Below, piece after piece: positions 10,837-21,295 of a DNA stretch of 28,738 nucleotides (position 1 is its first letter; every line of letters starts with the position of its first letter). A program made the position numbers and the translations under genes. A model generated the notes under the pieces. That model did not search any database, was not told the origin of the DNA, and worked only from the letters and a program-made list of their open reading frames with translations. This stretch comes from Chiloscyllium plagiosum (taxonomy: Eukaryota), in assembly GCF_004010195.1 (NCBI RefSeq), contig NC_057720.1:18663887-18692624 (forward strand), in the 5' to 3' direction.

Positions 10837-11920
10837 GAGAAAGTGAGGTCTGCAGATGCTGGAGATCAAAGTTGAAACTTTATTGCTGGAACAGCACAGC
10901 AGGTCAGGCAGCATCCAGGGAACAGGAGATTCGACGTTTCGGGCACAGGCCCTTCTTCAGGAATGAGCAGAGAGTGTTCAGCAGGAGAAGATAAAAGGTA
11001 GGGAGGAGGGGCTTGGAGGAGGGGCGTTGGAAATGTGCTAGGTGGAAAGAGGTCAAGGTGAGGGTGATAGGTCGGAGTAGGGTGGAGGCGGAGAGGTCAA
11101 GAAGAAGACTGCAGGTCAGGACGGCGGTGCCGGGCTGGAGGGATTCGGCTGAGACAAGGTGGGGGGAGGGGGGATGAAGAAACTGGTGAGGTCCAAGTTC
11201 ATCCCCTGTGGTTGGAGGGTTCCCAGTCGGAAGATAAGACGCTCCTCCTCCGACCGTCGGGTTGTTGTGGTTTGGCGGTGGATGAGTCCAATGACCTGCA
11301 TATCCTCGGTGGAGTGGGAGGGGGAGTTGAGATGCTGTGCTACAGGTTGGTTGGGTTGGTTCGTCCGGGTGGCCCAGAGGTGCTCTCTGAATCGCTCCGC
11401 AAGTAGGCGGCCTGTCTCCCCAATATAGAGGAGGCCACACCGGCTGCAGCGGATGCAGTAGATGGTGTGGGTGGAGGTGCAGGTGAATCTGTGGCGGATA
11501 TGGGAGTTTCCTTTTGGGCCTTGGAGAGGAGTGAGGGGGGAGGTGTGGGCGCAAGTGTTGCACCTCCTGCGGTTGCAAGGGAAGGTGCCGGGAGTGGTGG
11601 TTGGGTCGGTGGGGGGTGTGGATCTGACAAGGGAGTCGCGGAGGGAGTGGTCTCTACGGAAAGCTGATAGGGGAGGGGAGGGAAATATATCCTTGGTGCT
11701 GGGGTCTGTTTGGAGGTGGCGGAAGTGACGGTGGATGATGCGCTGTACATGGAGATTGGTGGGGTGGTAGGTGAGGACCAGTGGGGTTCTGTCCTGGTGG
11801 CGGTTGGAGGGGCGGGAAGTGGAGGAGATGCGGTGGAGGGCACCATCGACCACGTCGGGGGGGAAATTGCGGTCCTTGAAGAAGGAGGCCATCTGTGTTG
11901 TACGTATTTTGAACTGGTCC
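10837..11920 (-). mobile_element. 5'-truncated Penelope-like retroelement encoding a GIY-YIG endonuclease C-terminus
   Basis: Uninterrupted ORF 11116-11892 with Cys/His linker (CNRRRCNTCAH) and TIYCIRCSRCGLLYIGETGR..RFREH. Perfect 15-bp TSD aggctttgaagagag at 10822-10836 and 11921-11935. Confidence 0.93.
10929..10964 (-). ncRNA. Minimal type-I hammerhead ribozyme motif (intact)
   Basis: Minus strand reads AUUC-CUGAAGA-A-GGGC CUGU GCCC-GAAA-CG-UC-GAAU: 4-bp stem I, 4-bp stem II, full core, palindromic ACGU in place of stem III. Predicted cut after GUC (between 10933 and 10932). Confidence 0.8.
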
Positions 11921-12714
11921 AGGCTTTGAAGAGAGTACAGAAACAGTTTATCAGGATGTTACTTGGTTTGGAGGGTGTAAGCTATGAGAAGAGATTGGAC
12001 TAACTCGATTTGTTTTCACTTAAACATTGAGGACGAGAAGCAACTTGATAGTTTACAAATTGATCAGAGGCATGGATAGTTTGGATAGTCTGAGTCTTTT
12101 ACACAGAATGGAAGTATCAATTACTAGAGACATAGATTAAGATAAAAGGGGGTAAGTTTAAAGGAGATGTGAAATGCAAGTTTCTTTTAACATCGAAGAT
12201 GGTAAGTGCCTGAAATATATTTGCGGAGGAGGTAGTGAAGACAGATACAAAGCAATATTTAAGAGGCACCTTGACAGATACATGAATTGTCAGGGAATAG
12301 AGGGATATGACAACAGTCTTTTTGTTTAGAAAGGCATCATCTGTTGGCCAAGTCTTGGTGGGCCAAAGGGCCTGTTTCTGTGCTGTACCATTCTTTGTTC
12401 TGTTCATTGCATGAATGAGCTACCAAGAGGTTAATTAAAATAGCTTGAGATGCATGACAGACTGCTTCTTTGATTGGATTCAGTCTGTTTATGTTTCAGC
12501 CTCTCTGGTTGAATCAAGGTTTTATTTTTAATAAATTGATGGATAAAGGGAACAAATATAATTTGGCTTTCGTGATTAAGGAGAGGTAGTTGAGAGAAGA
12601 ATTAGATATTAAGCTGGATTTGGTGGTGGAGGGTCTAGTTGATGACAGCAATTTTGAAGATGTAGAGGGAAATGTCACTGGGGCAACAAGTTGACCTTTT
12701 TCTTTGTACATTTG

Positions 12715-12775
12715 TAGGATGTGGGCGTCAATGACTGGCTAGCATTTATTGCCCATCCGTAGTTGTCCTTTAGAA
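12715..12775 (-). mobile_element. 3' tail fragment of a Deu/SacSINE1-like repeat
   Basis: ggatgtgggcgtc...agcatttattgcccatccgtagttgtcctt matches the recalled tail in reverse. Confidence 0.5.
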
Positions 12776-13043
12776 ACTTGTAGGTGTGTGTGTTCTGAAT
12801 GAGATGGGAAAAACTTGCAGAAAACACAAAGGCTTAGGACACAAATGGCTGAAAGTTAGAAGGGCTGGGATTGGAAATTTGGGGATCAGTTTTCATGATG
12901 CAGCTATAGTGGAGATGGTCTTGATTTTTAGATACACAAAGATTTTTTGCAGCAGGTAGCAGATTTGGTCAAAAAGGGGCAAGACCTCAATTCACAATTG
13001 ACAAAGTGTGGTATCAAGGAACTTTACTAAAGCTGAAGTAAAT

Positions 13044-13330
13044 GGGGAGGGGATGGCCTAGTATTATCGCTAGACATTAATTCAGAAACTCAGTTTATGT
13101 TCTGGAGACCGTGACAGATGGTAGAATTTGAATTAAGTAAATATCTGGAATTAAGAGATTATTGATGATAATGAAACCATTCTCAATTGTCAGAAACAGT
13201 ACCTGGTTCACTAATGTCATGCAGGAAGGAAATCCTTAAATAGTCTGGCGTACACATGACTCCACACCCACAGTAATGTGGTTGACTCTAAACTGCTCTC
13301 TGAAATGGCATAGCAAGCCACACAGTTGTA
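13044..13330 (+). mobile_element. Deu-domain SINE-like sequence (SacSINE1/AmnSINE1-related)
   Basis: Decayed tRNA-like head, then ctggttcactaatgtc..gaaggaaatcc...tgactccacacccacagtaatgtggttgactct, recognised as the Deu core. Confidence 0.65.
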
Positions 13331-14030
13331 ACAATTATTACAAAGATTCCTAAAAATAAATTAAACCAGACAGACTACCAGGCATCGACCTAACCACCAC
13401 AAACGACAACAGCAAAAACAACCATGTTGAACCTACAAAGTCATCCTTACTAACATTTGGAGGCTAGTGCCAGAGTTGGAGTTCAACAGTTTAATAGCCT
13501 GACATAATTATTCTTAAGGAATCAGTGTCCCAGACATCACCACCACTGGATATGTCCTGACCCACAAACAGTTGACAGTTCAGTGGTATGCAGTCGGGGA
13601 AGCTGCTTTAGGAGTCCTTAACATTAACTCTGAGCGCCATGATGTCTCAATCAACATAAGCAAAGAACCTCCTTCTGATTACCATGTATTGTCCATGAAT
13701 TCCCTTTCTTGGCTAATGACTGTGCTTCTCCATGTTCAACCACATTTGAAGCAGACACTGAGGGTGTCAAGAGTACAGAATGTACTATGAGTGAGGGGCG
13801 TCAGTATCATCATCAAGAGTTTTTTGAGGCTCGGCAGTAGCATTTAATGATTGAGCTGTGGAGTCCAAAAGACCATTGCTGCCACGCTGGGTCTGTGGCA
13901 GGTGTTGAGGGTATTCTGTACTCTGGATGGCAAATTTCCATGTCCGCCACCATGTGTGGCTCAGCAGCAGCACTGTTGATCAAGCTGATCCTGTCTTAAA
14001 GGACATAGCTGTTAGATTGGCTCTGTGGCA
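13331..14030 (+). mobile_element. Decayed LINE APE-endonuclease N-terminal fragment
   Basis: Frameshifted pieces KVILTNIWRLVPEL, PDIIILKES, LGVLNINSERHDVS, VLLHVQPHLKQTLRVSRVQNVL and VLKDIAVRL. Confidence 0.55.
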
Positions 14031-14232
14031 CTATTCTTAAAAAGGGAGACCAGGGTTGTAAACATGATTTTATTTAGGTAGTGTGTTCAAGGAGATTTTG
14101 AGATGTTTTATATATGTTTTTATATTAACCATTGTTTAAAAAAAGGATTTGGAGGTGCTGATATTAGACTGGGGTGTACAAAGTTAAAAATCTCACAACA
14201 CCAGGTTATAGTCCAACAGATTTATTTGGAAG

Positions 14233-14267
14233 TACTAGCTTTCGGAGTGCTGCTCCTTCATCAGGTG
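14233..14267 (-). ncRNA. Minimal type-I hammerhead ribozyme motif (core intact, stems slightly eroded)
   Basis: Minus strand reads CAC-CUGAUGA-A-GGAG CAGCA CUCC-GAAA-GC-UA-GUA. Confidence 0.7.
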
Positions 14268-14279
14268 ATTGCGCACAAC

Positions 14280-14314
14280 TACCTGATGAAGGAGCGGTGC
14301 TCCGAAAGCTAGTG
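14280..14314 (+). ncRNA. Minimal type-I hammerhead ribozyme motif (intact, sense to host gene)
   Basis: UAC-CUGAUGA(14283-14289)-A-GGAGC GGU GCUCC-GAAA-GC-UA-GUG, with palindromic AGCU. Predicted cut after 14311. Confidence 0.78.
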
Positions 14315-16109
14315 CTTCCAAATAAACCTGTTGGACTACAACCTGGTGTTGTGTGATTTTTAACTTTAAAAAAGGCGGTAGACAAAAGATGGGCAATTAT
14401 AGGCCAGTAAACTTAACTTCTGTAGTGGGGAAAATGCTTGAATCTATCATCAAGGAAGAACTAGCAAGACATCTAGACAGAAATTGGACAGACACATCAT
14501 GCATTCACGAAAGGCAGATCATCCTTAACTAATTTACTGGAATTCTATGAACACATTACGAGCACGGTGGACAACAAGTATCCAGTAGATGTATTGTATC
14601 TAGATTTCCAAAAGGCATTTGACAAAGTGACGCACAAAAGGCTGCTGCATTAGATAAAGATGCACAGTGTTACAGGCAATGTATTAGCATGGATGAGAGG
14701 ATTGGTTAACTAACAGGAAGCAAAGAGTGGGGAATAAATGAGTGCCTTTCTGGTTAGCAATCAGTGGCTAAGGGTGTGTCTCAGGGATCAGTATTCGGAC
14801 TGCAATTATTCACAACTTACATAGATGATTTGGAGTGGGGACCATGTTGTGTGTCAAGGTTTTGGATGACACTAAGATGGGTGGTCGAGCAAAGTGTGCA
14901 GTGGACTGTGAAACTTCGCATAGGAGCATTGATACTTTAAGTGAGTGGGCAAATGTCTGGCAGATGGAGTAAAGTGTTAATAAATATAAATACATCCATT
15001 TTGGTAGAAATTACAGTAAAAAAGACTTATTTGAATGGTAAAATTGCAGCTTCACAGAAGGTTGGTCTGCAGGTGCAGCAGGTAATTAAGAAGGCAAATG
15101 GAATTTTGTCCTTCATTGCTAAAGGGATTGAGTTAAAAGCAGGGAAGGATTCCAGAGTTGAGGGGGTTGGCTTGTGAGGAGAGACTGAGTAGACTGGGAT
15201 TATATTAATTGGAATTCAGAAGAATGAGGGGGGGAATCTTAGAAACATCTAAAATTATGAAGGGAATAGATAGGATAGAAGTAGAGAGGATGTTTCCACT
15301 GGCGGGTGTAATTAGGACAAGAGGGCATAGCCTCAAGATTATGGGGAGCAGATTTAGGACTGAATTGAGAAGGAACTTCTTCACCAGAGGGTTGTGAATC
15401 GATGGAATTCCCTGCCCAGTGAAATAGTTGAGCCTTCCTCATTGAATGTTTTTAAAGCTAAGATAGATAACGTTTTGAATAGTAAAGGAATTAAGGGCTA
15501 TGGTGAGAGGGTGGATAAGTGGAGCTGAGGCCATGAAAAGATAAGCCATGATCTTGATTGGCGGAGCTGGCTTGAAGGGCCAGATGGCCTACTGTACTCC
15601 TGGTTCTTCTGCTCTTGTGATTGACCATGTTTGAAGAAGTATTAAATGTAAATTTTAGAATAGAATATCATGTCCTATTAATTAAATTGAATATTTTAAA
15701 GCAGTCATAATGTCAGTGTGTGTGAAGGAATTCCAACATTAATCATCTGGAGTTTCTAGAAACATTTGATAATGGTAATGATCTTGAGACAGAATTATGA
15801 AGGAATAATGGGAAGCCACTGCAGATGATGAGGAATTGATTGCATGGTTGTAGTCAGAAAGTTATAAGTTGTTATAGGAATATGAGTAAGCTATTCAGTC
15901 TCTTGATGCAGCTTCAACATTAAATTACATCATGGCTAACCTACATCTTTTGTTCCCTTTTGTTCTGTAACCTTTAATTAATGTGGTTGCCTCAGAACAT
16001 TCTATAAATTTTGTCTTAAGTTCAGTTCACAGTTTCGTCTGCTTTTGATGGAAGAGTTAGATTTCTACTCCCATTTATCATGGCTATGGATTTGTTTGGA
16101 GCTTTGATT

Positions 16110-16660
16110 TGCTGTATTTATTTATTATCACGTATACCTAAGTACAATAAAAAGCTTTGTTTACAAGCAGTACAGGCAGAGCATGGGGTGAAAAAGTCAC
16201 TGAGGCAGAGGCATACAGGTTACGTAGCACATGGTGTGCACACGGCAAGATCAGCATTATTTGAAGTTAGATAGTCCATTCATCAGGGTGATAACAGCTG
16301 GGAAGAAGCTGTTCCCACACCTGTTGGTGCGAGTGTTAAAGCTTCTATATTTTCTGCCTGACGGAAGAAGAGAGCCTTACTGGGATGCAATGTGTCTTTG
16401 CTGATGTTGGCAGCCTTTGTGTGGCAGAGCTGTGAAAGTGGGTTCCGTGGCTGGAAGGTTGGCTTCTGTGATGGTCTGGGCTGTCTACACAACCTTCTGT
16501 AGTTTCTTACAGTCCTGGGCAGAGCAGTTGCCATGCCAGGCTGTTATACACCTGCACAGTATGCTTTCAATGGTGCATCTGTAAATGTTGGTGTGGGTCC
16601 TTATGGATGTGCCAAATTTCTTGAGCCTCCTGAGGAACAAGAGGTGTTGTTGTGCTTAGC
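16110..16660 (-). mobile_element. Rex1/Babar-like LINE 3' end
   Basis: Minus-strand pieces WHGNCSAQDCKKLQKVV, AANISKDTLHP and PSGRKYRSFNTRTNRCGNSFFPAVI are typical of the Rex1/Babar C-terminus. Confidence 0.7.
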
Positions 16661-16764
16661 TTATCTACTGATGGTGGCTGATAGGAATTTTTTGCTCTTT
16701 ACTGCCTTTATTCATGTTTTAAAAGTAGATGTTGGGGAATGATCCACGTGCTTGTGTCTGAGGA

Positions 16765-17420
16765 AGAATTTTGTGAAACTTGAAAGGATTCTGAAAAGAT
16801 TTTACAAGGATGTTGCCAGGGTTAGAGGCTGAACAGGCTGGGGCAATTTTCCCTGGAACTTCAGATGGTGAGGAGTGACCTTATAAAAGGTTTTAAAATC
16901 ATGAGGGGCGATAAATCAGATTAGATTACTTACAGTGTGGAAACAGGCCCTTCGGTCCAACAAGTCCACACCGACCCACCCTGATCCATTCCCCTATATT
17001 TACCTCTTCACCTAACACTACGGGGCAATGTTAGCATGGCCAATTCACCTGACCGGCACGTTTTGGACTGTGGGAGGAAACCGGAACACCCAGAGGAAAC
17101 CCACACAGACACTGGGAGAATGTGCAAACTCCACACAGACAGTTGCCTGAGGCAGGAATTGAACCCGGATCTCTGGCGCTGTGAAGCAGCAGCGCTAACC
17201 ACTGTACCACCGTGCCGCCCGATAGGGTGAATAGCCAAGGTTTTTCCCTAGGGTAGAGGAGTCCAAAACTAGAGGGCATAGGTTTAAGATGAGAGGGGAA
17301 AGATTTAAAAGGGACCTGAGGGGAAACTTTTTCATGCAGAAGGTGGTGTATGTATGGAATGAGTTGCCAGAGGAAGTGGTGGAAGCTGGTACCTTTATAA
17401 CATATAAAAGGCATCCAGAT
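16765..17420 (+). mobile_element. CR1-type LINE 3' fragment interrupted by a SINE
   Basis: FTRMLPGL...FKIMRG before 16913; SKTRGHRFKMRGERFKRDLRGNFFMQKVV after 17221. Confidence 0.8.
16918..17220 (-). mobile_element. HE1-like SINE
   Basis: Reverse complement of the 272-592 family, (AGATT)n tail at the left end. Confidence 0.9.
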
Positions 17421-17436
17421 AAGAAAATTAGGGAAG

Positions 17437-20400
17437 TAAACACGTGGCTAAGAGATTGATGTGGGAAAGAGAGGTTCAGGGACATTTCATGGGACATTGG
17501 CATCGGGGGGATCTGTACCGATGGGATGGTCTCCACCTGAACTGATCTGGAACCAGTTTTCTGGCGAAAAGGATAAATATGGTGGTCACTAGGACTTGAG
17601 AGTCAGGAGGAAAGGAAAGGGAAAGCAACAGGGAGTATGGAGTCAAGTAGAAAGATAAGCAACAGGTTAGCATGTGTGCAGGGTTTAAGTTCCAGGCAGA
17701 CTAGGAATGAAGCAAAAAGGACCGATAACTTAGGACATATTACGAGAGATGATAGAAATCACAACAATAAGAAATTTAGCATTAAGTTGCTTTATCTGAA
17801 TGCTCGTAGTATTCGTAACAAAGTAGATAAATTAACAGCACAAATCATCGTGATTGATTATGATGTGGTAGGCATCACAGAGACATGGTTGCAGGGCGTT
17901 CAGGACTGGCAGTTAAATGTCCAAGGATTTACAACTTATCGAAAAGACGGAGGTGGGCAGAGGGGGAGGGGTTGCCTTCTTGGTTAAGAATGAAATTAAA
18001 TCTATGGCACTGAATGACATAGGGTCAGATGATGTGGAGTTTGTGTGGGTGGATTTGAGGAACCACAAAAGCAAAAAACCATAATGGGAGTTATGTACAG
18101 ACCTCCCAGCAGTGGTCAGGCCCAGGGGCGCAAGATGCACCTGGAAATAGATAGGGCATGTTAGAAAGGCAAGATCACGGTGATCATGGGGGACTTCAAA
18201 ATGCAAATGGACTGGGTGAATACTGCTGCCAGTGGATCCAAAGAAAGGGAATTCATGGAATGCTTACAGGATGGCTTTCTGGTACAGTTTTTGATGGAGC
18301 CCACAAGGGAGCAGGCTATTCTGGACTTAGTGCTATGTAACGAGCCAGACTTTGTAAAAGATCTTAAAGTAAGTAAGGGAACACTTTAGAGGCAGCGATC
18401 ATAATATGGTAGAGTTCAGTCTGCAGTTTGAAAGAGAGAAGGCAAAATCGGATGTAATGGTGTTACAGGTAAATAAAGGTAATTACAGGGGCATGAGAGA
18501 GGAATTGATGAAAATCAACTGGAAGCAGAGCCTAGTGAGGAAGACAGTCAAGCAACAATGGCAGGAGTGTCTGGGTGAGGACACAGTACAGAGGTTAAAT
18601 CCAAAGAAAAGAAAGATTATTGTCGGGGGGTGGGGGTTGGAATTAGAGAGCCATGGCTGACGAAGTCAGGAAACATATCATAGAAAAAGAGAGAGCCTAT
18701 AAAGTAGCCAAGAGCACTGAGAAATCAGAAGATTGGGAAGTCTATAAAAACAAATAGGATAACAAAGAGAGAAATAAGAGGGAGAGGATCAAATGTGAAG
18801 GTAAGTTATCCAGTAATATTAGAAATTATAGTAAAAGTTTCTTTCAATACATAAAAAATAAACAAAAGGCAAAAGTAGAAATTGGGCCACTCCAAATTGA
18901 TGCAGGAAGACTAGTGATGGGAGATAAGGAAATAGCTGAAGAACTTAATAATACTTTGTGTCGGTCTTCACAATGGAAGACATGAGTAATATCCCAACAA
19001 TTAAGAAGAGTCAAGGGGCAGATTTGAGTATGGCAGACATACAAAAGAGAAAGTACTTGAAAAGCTAAAAGATTTAAAAATTGATAAATCTCCTGGCCCG
19101 GATGGGATACATCCTAGAGTTCTGAGGGAAATGGCTGAGAAATAGCAGAGGCGTTGGTTGTGATCTTTCGCTGTTGTAACCCCCTTGTTCAAGAAAGGAT
19201 CAAGACATAAGGTGGAAAATTATAGGCCGATTCGCCTAACCTCGGTTGTTGGTAAAATTCTAGAATCCATCATTAAAGATGAGACTTCTAAATTCTTGGA
19301 AATACAGGGTCAGATTAGAACAAGTCAGCATGGATTTAGTAAGGGGAGGTTGTGCCTGACAAACCTGTTAGAATTCTTTGAAGAGGTAACAAGTAGGTTA
19401 GACCAGGAAAACAAAGTGGATGTTATCTACCTAGACTTCCAAAAGGTGCCTCACGGAAGGCTGCTGAATAAGGTGAGGGCTCATAGTGTTCGAGGTGAGC
19501 TCCTGGCATGAATTGAGGATAGGCTGTCTGACAAGAGGCGGAGAATTGGGATAAAAGATTCTTTTTCAGAATGGCAGCTGGTGACAAGTGGTGTCCCACA
19601 GGGTTCAGTGTTGGGGCCGCAGCTGTTCACTTTATATATTAATGATCTGAAGGAAGGGACTGGGGGCGTTCTGGTGAAGTTCGTCAATGATACGAAGTTA
19701 GGCAGACAGGCAAGTACTTCTGAGGAGGCGGGGAGACTGCAGAAAGATTTAGACAGTTTAAGAGAGTTGTCCAGGAAATGGCTGAAATTCAGTGTGAGCA
19801 AATGTGAGGTCTTGCACTTTGGGAAAAAAAGAATACAGGCATGGACTATTTTTTTAAACGGTGAGAAATTCATAAAGCCGAAGTACAAAGGGATCTGGGA
19901 GTGCTAGTCCAGGATTCTCCAAAGGTTGACTCGCAGGTTGAGTCCGTGGTTAAGAAAGCAAATGTAATGTTATCATTTATTTCAAGAGGGTTGGAATATA
20001 AAAGCAGTGATGTGCTACTGAGACTTTATAAAGTTATAGTTAGGCCCCATTTAGAATACTGTGTCCAATTTTGGGCCCCACACCTCAGGAAGGATATACT
20101 GGCACTGGACCGTGTCCAGTGGAGATTCACACAGATGATCCCTGGAATGGTAGGCCTAACATATGATGAATGGCTGAGGATCTTGGGATTGTATTCATTA
20201 GAGTTTAGAAGATTGAGGGGAGAATTAATAGAAACTTATAAATTAATGCATGGCTTAGAAAGGGTGGATGCTGGAAATTTATTTCCATTTGTCGGGGAGA
20301 CTAGGACCCATGGGCACAGCCTTAGGATTAGACGGGGTCAATTTAGAATCGAAATGAGGAGACATTTCTTCAGCCAGAGAGTGGTATGCCTGTGGAATTA

Positions 20401-20597
20401 ATTGCCACAGAGCGCAGTGGAGGCCGGGGCATTAAATGTCTTCAGGGCAGAAATTGATAAATTCTTGATCTCGCAAGGAATTAAGGGCTATGGGGAGAGT
20501 GCAGGTAAGTGGAGTTGACGTGCCCATCAGTCATGATTGAATGGCAGAGTGGACTCGATGGGCCCGAATGGCCTTACTTCCACTCCTCTGTCTTATG
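17437..20597 (+). mobile_element. Long decayed CR1-type LINE: end of ORF1 (SGNH esterase-like), ORF2 APE endonuclease and RT, 3' UTR
   Basis: LYRWDGLHLN (esterase DxxH); LYLNARSIRNK..DVVGITETWL; IMGDF; PTREQAILDLV; KSPGPDGIHPRVL; NYRPIRLTS; GVPQGSVLGPQLFTLYINDL; FVND in place of FADD. Many stops and frameshifts. Confidence 0.93.
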
Positions 20598-20725
20598 AAT
20601 AGGAAGGGTTTAGAGAGATATGGGCCAAATGCCAGTAAATTGGACTAGATTAATTTAGGATAGCTGGTCAGCATTGATGAGTTGGACCGAAGGACTTTTT
20701 TCATGCTGCATAGTTCTCTAACTCT
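20598..20725 (+). mobile_element. Short CR1 3' UTR fragment
   Basis: aggaagggtttagagagatatgggccaaatg...gagttggaccgaagga, homologous to the reverse complement of 8480-8600. Confidence 0.65.
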
Positions 20726-20769
20726 ATTTTCCAAGGTTTTGTGTGAAATATTGGAATGGGTGAAGATGT

Positions 20770-21290
20770 AAGACCATAAAGGAAACAAGCCATTAAGTCC
20801 ATCTGCTCTGCCATTCAATGAAATTGTGGCTGATCTGATAATCCCCAAGTCCATTTCCCTGCCTTTTCACCCTAACCCTTAATCCCTTTATGGGATCTCT
20901 GCCTTGATTATACTTAATAGCCTCAATAACCCTTGGTGATAACTCCACAGAATCATTACCTTCTCAAAGAAGAAATTCCTCCTTATCTCTGTCTTAAATT
21001 TGCGACCCCTTATTCTGCGATTATACTCTCTAGTCCTAGATTCTGCAACAAGAGGAACCAGCTCTTTTGCATCTATCCTGTCAAAAACTCATAAGAATCT
21101 TGTATGTTTCAATAAGTTTTCTCTCATTCTTCTATATTCCAAAGGTACAGGCCCAATCTACCTGACCTCTCCTCATAAGACAATCTCCCCTTACCTGTAT
21201 CAGTGTAGTGAACCTTGTCTGGGGTGTCTCCAATGCCAGTCTACCTTCCCTTAGATTAAGTGCCCCAGAACTGTTCAGTGTTCCAGCCAG
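20770..21290 (-). mobile_element. Decayed CR1-type LINE 3' end
   Basis: Reverse complement gives GHSLKI-like and RRNFF-like motifs plus a CR1 3' UTR. Confidence 0.7.
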
Positions 21291-21295
21291 TGAGT

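Larger units (their letters stand above)
10433..12404 (+). mobile_element. CR1-type LINE 3' part, split by the Penelope insertion
   Basis: MHFGRSN...RDLDIQVHTSLKVATQVDKVVK...ILVRPHL before 10836; ALKRVQKQFIRMLLGLEGVSYEKRLD after 11921. Confidence 0.85.
14146..14367. mobile_element. Palindromic non-coding element with two back-to-back hammerhead motifs (second Penelope-type family)
   Basis: 87-bp arms 14180-14266 and 14281-14367 differ at 7 positions by eye. Flanked by tttaaaaaa(a)gg on both sides, inside a CR1 PLFKKG codon stretch. Confidence 0.85.
14128..15620 (+). mobile_element. CR1-type LINE RT and 3' end, interrupted near its start by the palindromic element
   Basis: PLFKK|GGRQKMGNYRPVNLTSVVGKMLESIIK, YLDFQKAFDKV, SQGSVFG, LDDTK, then a CR1 C-terminus. 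Many stops and frameshifts. Confidence 0.88.

Noticed and set aside
10904..11846. Long overlapping ORFs (224 aa, 168 aa and several plus-strand ORFs)
   Set aside because: Alternative frames of the GC-rich Penelope coding sequence with Pro/Ser/Gly-biased composition. Only 11116-11892 has recognisable motifs.
17437..20597. Possible active autonomous LINE
   Set aside because: Numerous stops and frameshifts, 5' truncation, and the catalytic FADD changed to FVND.
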